From Octopus vulgaris (Eukaryota), in assembly GCA_951406725.2 (NCBI GenBank), contig OX597819.1:108748001-108812000 (forward strand): a DNA stretch of 64,000 bases. Direction: 5' to 3'. Under the pieces are notes generated by a model that worked only from the letters and a program-made list of their open reading frames with translations, did not search any database and had not been told where the DNA came from. The translations under genes and the position numbers were made by a program. This document shows positions 11,496 to 25,000 of the stretch, in pieces (position 1 is the stretch's first letter; the number at the start of each line of letters is the position of its first letter).

Positions 11496-14400
11496 GTTGG
11501 CATTAGGAAGGGCATCCAGCTGTTGGAACACTGCCAGATCAGACTGGAGCCTGGTGCAGCCTCCTGGCTTCCAAGACCCTGGTCGAACCGTCCAACCCAT
11601 GCTAGCATGGAAAAGGGACGTTAAACGATGACGATGATACACACACATCCGTTTACACATCTGCACATGCATTCTTTCATGCATTACATGCTGTTTACAG
11701 ACATGCACAAATATCCATTTACACACATATGCATATATTCATTTACAATCACACATACATACGCACCTATACATGTACACATTTAAATGCCTATACAGTT
11801 ATCCATTTATGCACGTGTGTGTGCTCACCTATGTATACATGCACGCATGAAGTAGTGAAGGCTGATCTTGTGACTTTGAGTCTCACAGAGGAGATGGCAA
11901 TGGGATACCTGGTGAAATGTTCAAGAAAACCTGCTCATCTTTGCAAAACTGAGATTCTGGAAGCTCTATGGCCCCTTGCCCAATTTACTCCCAGACCTTC
12001 ACCACCACCATCATCTCTCTATCACTGGCCCCTCTATTACCTGTCTAAGTGCAGTATTCTGCTGATGTAATTAAATGAGAGAACAGCATATTTCTTTATC
12101 TTTGATGCCAGAGTTCTTTCTCACTACCAGGAAATATCTCACTTGACATTCATCTTTCATTCTTAATATTGTCTTTCTCTACTCCCATTTTATATTGATC
12201 ACCTTTCTGTGCTATAAAATTCTCTATTCTTCTCTCACCCTCTCTCTCTTTACACTCTTGTAACTTATCCACCTACACATCATCTCCCTTTCTCTCATCC
12301 TTTCCCTCTCCATTGTATTATTATTCTAATACTCTTCACCCTTTTCTGTATTGTCAGTCATCATTAACTCTTCCTTACCTTATCCCCAACTCATATGTAT
12401 TACCACCCTTCAATCTTTGTTCCTCATTCACTATATTCACCATCTCTCACCCATTTCAAATTCTAACCATCTCACACTCTTGCAACCTCTACCTATCCAC
12501 ACACCCTGTTCTTTTTGCACTCCTGTTCACTTTCTTATACCTAGGTCAACTACAACACCTTGTTACTACTATTTCATTTCTCTTTTCATCTCCACCCTTG
12601 TTGCTCCCGCCTCATTCTTCTATAAAGTGAATAAATGTGTAGCTTCTCTACAGCAACAAATCTGTCCTGTTCTGGCCTTTTCTTTCATATTTTAACCCCT
12701 CATCTCCACGCATAAAGCCACCTCCTCTCTACTGTAGCTTCACTCAGTTGAAGGGTATCTTCATTTTGTGAGCTGTACAGCAACTTCACTGGTGCTAGTG
12801 CCATAAAAAGCAAAATACCTAGTACACTCTGTAAAGTGATTGGCATTAGGAAGTGTTAGGAAATGTTAAATTGTAAAGCAATAACAGACATTTAGTGATG
12901 TAAATATTCAATACATTTACTGTATATACTTGCGGATAGGTCGCACCCTTAGTTTGGGGTTGTCAAAATAGGTATTTGCAGTTGACTCGATGTTGTCAAA
13001 AAGATCAATATGCAAACTTCCAGTTTTTGCTTTCTAGTCAACAGATGTTGCAAAAATGTTTCCTTGGCTGTGTGGTAAGTAGCTTGATTACCAACCACAT
13101 GATTCCGGGTTCAGTCTCACTGCGTGGCACCTTGGGCAAGTGTCTTCTATTATAGCCTCAGGCTGACCAAAGCCTTGTGAGTGGATTTGGTAGATGGAAA
13201 CTGAAAAGAAGCCCATCATATATATATATATATATATGTGTGTGTGTCTGTGTCTGTCCCTCCCAACATCGCTTGACAACCGATAGTGGTGTGTTTACGT
13301 CCCCGTAACTTAGCGGTTCAGCAAAAGAGACTGATAGAATAAGTACTAGGCTTACAAAGAATAAGTCCTGGGGTCGATTTGCTCGACTAAAGGCGGTGCT
13401 CCAGCATGGCCACAGTCAATGACTGAAACAAGTAAAAGAGTAAAGAGTATAACAACTTGTAAATTGAAAACCCCAGGCCACATGCCTGGACTACTGATAC
13501 ACCACTGTATACTTCAGATCTCTTTGATGTCCAATGGTTAGGTCACACTCCTGGCTTTTATCGAAATTTTTTGTAAAGAAAAGTGTGACCTGTATGCAAG
13601 TATATATGGTAGTGGAGTCAAATTTATTACACATATTGGGTTGACTGGAACTTCGAGATTTCTCTTTAACAGTTTATTCACTCATTCTGCATATAACTTT
13701 GTATGTGTGTACACATACAAACATATGTATATAGATATTTCTATTTTTCAGGAGTATGTCCAACAGTATCCCTGTCCTATTGGAAGTTCTAGTGATACTC
13801 TCCTGTGACAAATATTCTAATGTTGCATCAAGAGGAGAGAAGGCATTGAAAATATTTCAACAGAGACAAGAGAAGGAACAATCACGCACCTTAGTGGAGA
13901 TTCTAGAAGAAAACTTACTGGGTCTGGTTACAACCCTTCCAAGACAAATAAGATCATCAGGTGAGATCATATATATATATATATATAATATAAATAATAT
14001 ATAAATATATGCATATATACATACATATATGTACATACCTACATATATATGTATATATACATGTATATATGGGTACAGGACATAAAAAAAAACGTTGAAC
14101 ACAATGAGAAACAAAAACGCAGAAACAAACTTTTTTTCAAACAACGAAAAAAACAGAGAAACGAGACATACAACATGAAGAATATTCCCCAGAGTACATG
14201 GCCCAGTAGTTAGGGTGTTGCCGTTATGTTCCACACCATGCACCTGTACAGGCAGGCAATGTCAATTTGATGGAGGAATGACTGGGCTTATAAGCAACAC
14301 AAAAATTTGATCACTATAAATAAATCATCGGTGCAGGTTGTAAATTACTCTTGGATTAAGAGTCTACCAATATATATAGACCACACACACAACAAATTTA

Positions 14401-14714
14401 CATACAGTAGGGTATAAATACCACTTGCTAAAATCAGAGCCAAGGGTCGAAAACCACCAGAAACTCACAAAGATGCACACAAGCAAAACAATGAAATATG
14501 AGAAATAGCCTATTTCCTATATTTTCATTGCATTGCTCGTGTGCATCTTTATTGTGAGTTTCTGGTGGTTTTCAAGCCTGGGCTCTGATTTTAGCAAGTG
14601 GTATTTTTACCCTACTGTATCTAAATTTTGCCTTATATTGTGCCTGTAATTGTGTGAACTTGCTGGCCACCTTATTATTACTTATTAATATCATTAATAA
14701 TGGTAATAATACAT

Positions 14715-14763
<49 letters not shown>

Positions 14764-15278
14764 TTCTAAGCTGATACTCACTCCATTGTTCTTTTTGTCT
14801 TTTATGTTTTGAATATCTTTACTTTTAGTTTGATTAAGGAATTTTATCGAAGATATTCAGAATTTGTGTGGTATCTACAGATTTTAGTGCCTTAAATGAT
14901 TGCTTGGCATACTTAATAGCTTATACCAATACTGTCTGCTTCTGAATTATTTGTGTATGTGTGTGTATATATATATATGTATATAGTCACAATGAGGATA
15001 TTTAAACCTCTTATAGGGATATTTATATTGAAGATACACTGGTTTGATATATTGTATTTTGAAGAGATATTTCTTCAATGAATATCAAATAGTATTATCG
15101 CAGCTCATATATGCTCTTCATTATGATGTTGCCTGAGCATGACTGCAGCTGAATGGTTGTTACTGGGGTGAAATACTAAGAGACTATGTCTTCATCATCC
15201 TCATCATCATTGTATCCATTTTTCCATTCTGAAATTGTGCTTGTGTATGTGTATCCATCCATCCATGTTGAAGTTGTG

Positions 15279-15309
<31 letters not shown>

Positions 15310-16014
15310 ATACACCCCCACCCCACCCCCCATATACTATTAGTTGGACAGGTGTGCAGTTTTGTATCACTGTTTACATACCTTTTTTCTAACCTTGTTT
15401 CAGATGATGCCCAAAAATTAGATTTGATCAAGATTTTGTCTGGATATCTGAAAATTTTAGGTGAGTTTTTCAATTTAAAGTTTCTCTTATGCTTTATTTC
15501 TTTATTGGTTGTTGTTATTTAACACATGGTCAGCCCTGATCCAACAGGTCAGTGTTCAAAATCATTGCAAATGTGGCCCTTCCTTTCTTTTTTTTAAGCA
15601 TATTGATTCTAGGAAAATATTATCTAATGGTTCCTTATTTTTGAAGTCTGTAAGGTGTATAAATTGAGCAATTGCATAGGGGTTCTCTTGGAAATAATAA
15701 AAGTGGTATGCAGTAGTCCTTGATTGTTCTACCTGACCAAACCTATGGCATAGATGTATGTTTGGGAATGGTGTTGCACTTTAGACATTCTGCATCACAA
15801 TCTGTTGTACAGTGTTTGGTAATGTGTAGTGGTTGATGACATGCAGTGGTTGCTGATATACTGTGGCTTGTGTGGAGCAGTGTCGTTTTTTTATATATAT
15901 ATTTTGGGTTCAGTCCCACTGCATGGCACTTTGGGCAAGTGTCTTCTACTGTAGCCTTGGACTGACCAAAGCCTTGTGGGTGGATTTGGTAGACGGAAAG
16001 TGAAAGAAGCCCAT

Positions 16015-16060
<46 letters not shown>

Positions 16061-19000
16061 TTTGTATTTGTCCTCCCACCATTGCTTGATAACAGATGTT
16101 AGTGTGTTTATGTCCCTGTAACTTAACGGTTTGGTAAAAGAAACTGATAGAATAAGTACTAGGCTTAAGAAAAAAAAGCACTAGGATCAATTCATTTGAC
16201 TGAAACTTCTTCAGGGTGGTGTCCCAGCATGGCCACAGTCTAATAACTGAAACAAATAAAAGATAAAAGATCATCAGGTAAGAGTGTTGTCCTGATATCA
16301 ACAGTTTTAGTGTTCATTTTCAATAGAATAAAAATGAACTATACTATAAACCTAATTTACTTACTAGTTCTGCCATCACTACTGCAACAAGTATGATGAA
16401 GGTTATGCTTCACTGATGAGGTCAGAATAATGCCTAAACATGTCCAGAGTTGCATCTCATACTTATAGAAATCCTGAAAATACTATTAGTATTTGATTAA
16501 TATTCTGTTTTAATACACTGCATCTTAATTTCTTTTTAACTTTTTGAATCTCTCCACATTGTTAACGTCAACTTAATTATTATTTTTTATTCATTTGCAC
16601 ATGTGATTATAATAATATTAAGAATTATATCAGTCATAACCATAGCTCTGTGTAATATCATGGATATATTTGAATTATTGTGACTTTACTCTTTAAAGTT
16701 GTTGGTATTAGGAAGAGTATCCTGCTATAAAAAAAAAAACCCATGAGCAAGATGTAATCATTGATCCATCTAAGAGGGCAATAACTCCAAATAAGAATAT
16801 TGTTACTGGTGATACCACTCAAATCACTATAGAAAAGAATCACAAGACAGATTCTTCAAACTGAACCAACCAGCAGGAGACCTGGGAGAGTAAACCAAGA
16901 ATGAGATGCTTGGATAATATCCATAATCTCAGTTGATCTCACTTGGAAATTCAACTGGAAAGTGTAACGATGATTGCTTCTGATAGGATCCTATGGAATA
17001 GGTGCCTTATGATTCTACCCCCACAACCCTCCCAGGAATAGTGAGCAGAGAAAATGGATGGATGCATCAGATAATGTAGTCCTAGTTATCCCATAAAGGT
17101 TATGCCAAGAATGCTCAATTATTGCCAGCTTGGAGCTTAAGAACAACATTTAATCACAACATATCTGTATTAAAACATGTCACATTTATGGCATTGCCAC
17201 ATGTCACAGCTCTCACTGTATTATTAACATGTAATAACACCTGTCCTCTTTGCCCTACAATGTGGCATGTGTGTGTGTGTTGTATTCTTGATAACATTCT
17301 TTATATGCTGTCACACCTGCCCTCTTCGCCTTCCAATATGGTGTGTTTATTATATTCCAGGTAAAAACATCAACAACATGTTGAACAGCTATCCACATCT
17401 AAAGAGGTTTTCTCTGGCACTTGTCCAAGTTTTAGAATTTGACTGTTCCAACATCAAGATTGTAGAAGAAACAAGTCATATGTTAGGAGAAGGTGAGTTT
17501 ATAAAATTTCAGAAATTGTGTGTGTGTGTGTGTGTGCATGTGCAAGCAGTGATAACAGTGTTGATAGTAATAATTCTTTCCACTATAGGTACAAGGCCCA
17601 AAGTTTGTGGGAGATGAAGCTAATCGATTATATGAATCCCAGTGCTTGACTGGTATTTATTTTATTGACTCCAAAGAATGAAAGTCAAAGTCAACCTCCA
17701 TGAACATAAAGATGGATGAAATGCTGCTAAGCGTTTTGTCTGATGTGCTGATGATTCTACCAGCTTGTCATCTTAGTGTTGAAAAAATGATACAATAGTG
17801 GTAATGAGGAGGAGGGAGATAGTGATAGTGGCAAGGGTGGTGGTGATGATGATGACATGGGTGAGTGACAGTAGTGATAATAATAATAATGAAGACCTGT
17901 GGCCGATACCAGTGTTGCATAACCAGCCCATTAAAAGTGCTCTTGAATTGTCAGGTGATACACTGTACTTGAGAAGACCTATTGAGTCAAGTAAAATCAA
18001 AATCAAAATTAAATTGGAAGTCATAGTTGTGGTTGATGTCAGTGCTGCCTGACTGGCACCCATGCTGGTGGCACGTAATAAGCACCATTCAAGCGTGGTT
18101 CAATGTTAGTGCCGCCTGACCAGCTTCCCATGTCGGTGACACGTAAAAAGCACCTTCCGAATGTGGTCGATGTCAGTGCCCCCTGACTGGCTCCTGTGCT
18201 GGTGGCATGTAAAAAACACAATCCAAATGTGGTTGATGCCAGTGTCACCTGACTTGCTCCTGTGCCGGTAGCACGCAAAAAGCACCCACTACACTCTTGG
18301 AGTGGTTGGCATTAGGAAGGGCATCCAGCTGTAGAAACTAGATCAAATTTGAGCCTGGTGCAGCCTACTGGCTTGCCAGTCCTCATTCAAACCATCGATC
18401 CCATGCCAGCATGGAAAACAGACGTTAAACAATGTTAATGATGAATTTATTGTATGCAGTGCTCAGGTGTACTACAACTCATTAGAAAAAATAACCAAAA
18501 CTGTGTGAACAGTACATAGAATAAGCACAAGAAGTGAGCAGTGAATAAGTGTACAAAATAAGGAAAAGAAAAACTGGGTATGGAAGGCATTGAGTGTTTT
18601 GTTGGCAAATCATAGGAAGAATGGAGATTTTAATTGTGATGAATAATGATGATGATAGTGGTTTTTATGTTCTTATTTTAATAAAGGTGCCAGTGCTATA
18701 GACTCTCGTATGATAACCAGTGTTCAACAACCCCGCAAGACCTACAAACATTTCCACAGTGATTTGATCCTGGAAGAGCTAAAGTTAGTATTGCGGTACC
18801 TTGGTATGTATGGTAAGTTACGCACTGGAACATCCACATTTTCCACACTGTCTTGGATATTCACTGTCAATTTATATTAAAAACTGTGATAGTGAACAAA
18901 TATACATATATATATACATAGTAACCCTTCAATTTAACAGACTAATAGGGAGAAAACTATCTTTGTAATAATAATAATAATAATATGTAATATTTAATTC

Positions 19001-22000
19001 CTTCTTTGACAATTTAGTTGAAGAGTATTTTACCATAGCTATAGTGGTTGTACTGTATTGCTATTCAACCTGTTAAATCAGAAATCCATTATATATTAGT
19101 AAACTGAGGGTTTATTATGTGTATATATATGTATGTGTATATTTATGTACATATTAGTATGTTATATATACATGTGGCACATAAAAGCACCCATTACACA
19201 CATGGAGTGGTTGGCATTAGGAAGGGCATCTAGCCATAGAAAACTATACCAAACCAAACTGGATCTTGGCATAGCCTTCCAGCATGCCAGCCCAGACAAA
19301 CCGTCCAACCCATGCCAGCATGGACAACGGATGCTAAATGATGATAACACACACATACACAAGTATCTGTGTGTGTGTGTATGTATATAATGTGCATACA
19401 TGAATAAACAAGGTCTCTGTTTCCATATTAAGTGATTTTTTTTAAAGATGAATTGCTTTATATTCTCTAGTCAATAACGCATTTTTATATTGCTACAAGT
19501 TCACACATCTTATTCTTTGGACAAGGTCACTTGTGTTTTGAGATGTTATAGTAAATTCTACTGACACCAATACCTGAATGGTATTTAATTTATTGATCCT
19601 TGCAGGATAAAAAGGATTTTGCATGTTATGTCTTTGTTCCATTCAATGTCTTATTGATAATCGTAATAGTTTTGGAGAGAGAGAGGTTGACCATTGCAGA
19701 TTAAGGTCACATGTTGTTGATGTCCAGTTTAAAACCTTTGTAGGAAAGTGTCTTCAGGAAAATTGTATCCAAGGTGAAAATTGCAGAGATTTGCAATTCT
19801 GGTGAAGAAGGATTGAGCAAAGTGTTTGGAGTAGGATATGGAATGTGAAACACGGAATCAGTTCATCAAGTGGATCTGGATGTTGGTATATGAAATGTGA
19901 GACACTACGTAGATGATGAGAGAAGGTGAGGTTGAATGTCAGGTGGATCTAGGTGTACACATATGCAGATAGCTAATTCAGAAGAGCAGAAGCTGTTGTA
20001 GTTCTTAGTGTGTGTATGTAAGAATTATTAAAATCAAATGTCAAACTCCCAATTATAAACTTCACTCTCTCTTCTCAACAATTTTAGGAGATCTGAACCT
20101 TTTAATTGATCATTTCTTGGACATGTTTCACGAGACGTCTCTGCATAGACTGCAGGCAACATACATCATCAACCAAATACTTGATGGAACTCTCCACATG
20201 ACTCAAGGTTTGCAATTTTATCTATTTATATGTGATTAGTTGAGGCAGTTGGCACCTTTCGTTGACAATGTCTTCATATTCAGACAGAGGTAGTTTCAAC
20301 TATAATTAGGAAAGGCCCTGAGATAATTAATTGAATTAATTTGACAGGGATTTGGTATAAACAAATTCAAAGATTTAATCTTTGGTGATGTAAAATTTCA
20401 AATAATAATAATAATCTTCCTTTCTGCTATAAGCACAAAACTTCAAATTTTGGAGGAGGAGGCAGCCAGTCAATTACATTGACCCCAGTGCACAACTGGT
20501 ACTTATTTTATCAACCATGAAAGGATGACAGGTAAAGTCAACCTTGGTTGAATTTGAACTCAGAAACCTAAAGCCAGAAGAAATGCTGCTAAGCATTTTG
20601 TCCATTATGCTAACGATTCTGCCAGTTCACTCACCTTTAACAAAGTACTCTTACCACACATCTCTCCCATAACTATCTAAAGAGATATAACACTATAACT
20701 AGTGTTATGTCTCCTTAAACATGGCAATTTAATTCCTCACAAGTTCCATCAACAACTGATCTGTTAGTGTTCAGAAGTGACTGAGATCTAACTTGGTAAA
20801 GCCTTTCCCTGGCAATTCATACACAAATATTTAAACTTGTTGAACTAATCACAGCCATCAACCAAGTCTTAGATATTGATAAGTGCTATTTGACTGTGCA
20901 CAAGCCCTTGGAAACAACACATTGTAGATGGTCTAAATCCATGTGTGTTGTTTCCAGTGCCTTGTGTACAGTGGAATGGCTTACATCAATATCTAATTGG
21001 CTTTATTGTGGGTACTACCTGGTTTTCCTGTCATGCTAATGTAAATGCACTTTAACATAAGAAAATAGATATGATTCATTCATATAAAGGATGTAGCTGA
21101 TCCTAAGAAACCAGGATGAAACCACTGCTTCTGTTTCATTGTTAGTCACCTAGTATTATTTTTTGTTTGTTTTTTTTTTTTTTACCTAGCCAATACTGAC
21201 AGACCAAGTGGAACCATCCATGACAAAGAAACACTACATAGCATTGTAAGGTAAGTTGAAGAATTAGATCTGATAATCACTTAACAGTTGTACTCCTCAG
21301 ATAAGACACTCTACTTAGCAGCCTACCTAACTATACAATAGATATTATCACTTCTTACTAGTCATCATGCGGTGTCTTTTTAGGCAAGACATTCCACCTG
21401 TACTTTGTTGAAAATCCTCTGTAACAGAAGTGGAGAAGTTTTGTGAATATTTAATTTATTGGCCATAACTATACAAACCATATGAATGTCTCACCTCTCG
21501 GGTGGTTGTCCAATTCCTTATCCACTCAACCATATTCTAGTTTCTTATCTTTTATTTTACAGTTTGCTGATTGATGAGTACCTGGCCCCTCAAAACTTCA
21601 ACTTAGTTACCTCCCACCTCCACCAAGACGACGATCCTGTTGAGGGCCAGTTCTCTCTCTTGCTCTACAACAAAGTGAAACAACCAACAATCTATGACTA
21701 CAATGCTAACATACTTCAGATATGTCTCTTTCTCGAAGGGTTTGCTGTGTTTGCTAAAGTTAGTAATACTTTGTCTTCTACCATTTTAAATGTTTGTAAC
21801 TATGTTTATTCAGCTTAAAAGTAGAATACTTAAACATTTATCCAACTCAGTACATTCCTGAATACAATTTTATTTAGGTTTGCATTTACATGATATCAGT
21901 GGAGGCCCAATGGCCCAGTGGTTAGGGCAGCAGACTCGCAGTTGGAGGATCGTGGTTTCGATTCCCAGACTGCGCATTGTGTGTGTTTATTGAGCGAAAA

Positions 22001-25000
22001 CACCTAAAAGTTCCATGAGGCTCTGGCAGGGGGTGGTGGCGACCCCTGTTGTACTCTTTCGCCCCAACTTTCTCTCACTCTTTCTTCTTGTTTCTTGAGT
22101 AACGCTGCAATAGACTGGCGTCCTGTCCAGCTGGGGAGAACACATATGCCATAGAAACCGGGAAACCAGGCCCATGATCCTGGCTAGGCTTGAAAAAGGC
22201 ACATAAATAGAATAAATTATATGATATCAGGTTTAATCCCACTGCATAGCACCTTGAGCTGATTAAAGTCTTGTGAGTGGATTTGGTAACCAGAAACTGA
22301 AAGAAGCTTATTGTGTGTGTGTGTGAGTGAGAGAGAGAGAGAGAGAGAGAAAGAGTCTATGTGATTCTCCAAACTAGAGATTATGTAAACCCTGCCCCAT
22401 CCAGTAGTTCTTAGTAACAATATTGACCAACAAAATAATCAAGACATCGCAGTTATATTACATGGAAGGTGAGAGCAGTTAGGAATGTTCTGGAAAGTCG
22501 TAAAGTGTGGAAGGAGGCTTTGATCGCTTGTATTTGTTTTTTGTTTACATTATTGTTTGATTTTGTTGTTATTAAAGGTCCTTAACAAAGACTTCACACC
22601 ATTTTTATTGAAAACACTCTACCCACTTTTGGAGAAGCTGGGTGATCGGTCAGCCTACCTGAGCAGCACAGCGTACTTGTCCCTTACAGATATATGTACT
22701 TATTGTGAATACAGGTAAGACTTTGTTTTTGAAAAAGACATGTGGTTGTCGGTGTGTGTTGTGTGGAGTGTAGAACAGTAGTCAGAGATAGAGTATGGAC
22801 TTTAATGTGGCAGTCAGGATGTGTTATTAGAGTGAAGTAATCAGGGTATGTTGTGTAGGGTGCAGTGTAGTAGCCAAAGTATGTTAAATGGAAGGTATAG
22901 TGTAGTCGTCAGAGTATGTTGTGCAGGGTGTAGACTGGCAGACAGGGGATAGGGCATGGGATATCTCTATCTTTTACTTGTTTCAGTCATCGACTCCCAA
23001 ACATTTGTTGAAGTTTGGTACTTATTCTATTGGCCAAAAGTGCTCAATTATGGGGATGTAAACAAAGTAACAATAGTTGTCAAGCAGTGGCAGATGTATA
23101 TACAAAGGCACGTATATACAAACACACACAAAACAGGTTTTCACACAGTTTCCATCTCTCAGATCTGTCACAAGGCTTTGGTTGGCTTGGAGGCTATAGT
23201 AGAAGACATTTTCCCAAGGTTATATGTAGTGGGCTGAACCCAAAACTATGTGGTTGCCAGGCAAGCTTCTTACCCACATAGCTATGCCTACGCCAAGTGA
23301 ATAAGTCAAAATATGCTGTTAAGGGTGTAGTAAGGGAGTCAGAGTATGTTATGTATGGTACAGTATGCTAGTTAGGGTATGTTATGCAGTCTACAGTATG
23401 GTAGTCACAACAGTGAGGGAACAGTAGATGTGTACGTGTTTGGGGGTGGGGATTAAGAAGTTGGCTTATAGTTTTGGGTTGGTCTAAGCCTTGTTACGCT
23501 CTGTGACAGTTTCATTCTGCATGAGGATTACTGGAAGTGTACAAATGGCTATGGAATACTCTGCCACTTACACTATTATTATTTTCTTAGTGAAACAACT
23601 GGAATATTTATTATTGAAACAATTTTCAAAATTCATCCTCATAACTTACAAAAATTCACATTGTATTTTTGTTGTTTTTCTCTTTTCTGCTTAGAAACAT
23701 CATGGATTTGATCCAACAAAATGCTGATTATCTTGTCAATGCAATTACTCTACGTCTGCGCCATCTCTCTCTCAACGCAAGGTCTCCACTTGTCTTAAAG
23801 GTCATGCTTCAGTTTGGTAATGAGGAACTCCTGCCTTTGGTGACAGATACCATTACTGAGGTAATTACTAAAATTTACTCACTCTCTTTTGTCATCATCA
23901 TCATAATGTGCACTTTTCGATGCTTGCATGGACCAAATGGAATTCATTGAGGCAGATATTCTATGGCTGGATGACATCCCTATGATAAACCTATATCTGT
24001 CTCAAAGAAAGGTAATATTTCCCCGTGACCAGACATGTTTACATTGAAGACGGAAAACAAACAACACTACTTGTTGTGACTGTGTCACTTGTTTATAGCT
24101 ATTATGTGATGTTTAGACAAAGATACACACATTTCGCACACATACATGGGTTTCTTTCAGTTTCCATTTACAAAATCCATTCACAAAGCCTGGGTTGTAG
24201 CCCAAAGTGTTGGGGCTCCACTTTCAAGGGTTTAATTGATCCTATCAGCCCCAGTCTGATAATTAATTTTTTTTATCAATCTCTATTTGTTGACCTGTTA
24301 AATTGTAGCATATAAACAAATGGATATAAACGCCACATGCACACTCATATATCAAATGAACAATATATATAATACAAATAAGAAAATGGAGAAACAATTT
24401 AGTTGGTTCATCAGCTTTCAGATATTAGAATGTTGAATTATTTATTCATTTAACAAAAATGAGAACCTTAATAGCTTACATATATACATTATAATTCAAT
24501 ATATATAAGATAAAAATGCAATTATAAAAATCATAATATAAGTTATTGAAATCGTTAAAATCACTCCTTACAGCTGTTTCAGCCTATGAATAAAAGTAGG
24601 TTTTTTTTTTTCCCCAGTGCCTATAGTTGTCAATTATATTGAGGTTGTAGGTATTTAAAAATAGGGTACTTATATATAACCATAGGCCTCGTCAGAGGTT
24701 ATAAAGAACTTTGAAAATATTAATACGTGAAACAGGATACACATATAATTTAATATATATAAAATATGAACAAATTCACACACACAAGGTCTTCTTAGGG
24801 GTGGACTCTTCAGTCATATCATGGATAGGACAACTCTAGTGCTAGTGCTAAAATATACTCAGTACACTCTGTAAAGTGGATTGCATTAGGAAGAGCATCC
24901 AGCTGTTTTCTACAGAAGACAAAAATGGTTCACACCAAGATGTGGTCCTTCACCTTCCTGGACCCACAGCAAGCTGTTCAGCCCATGCAAGTATAGAAAG

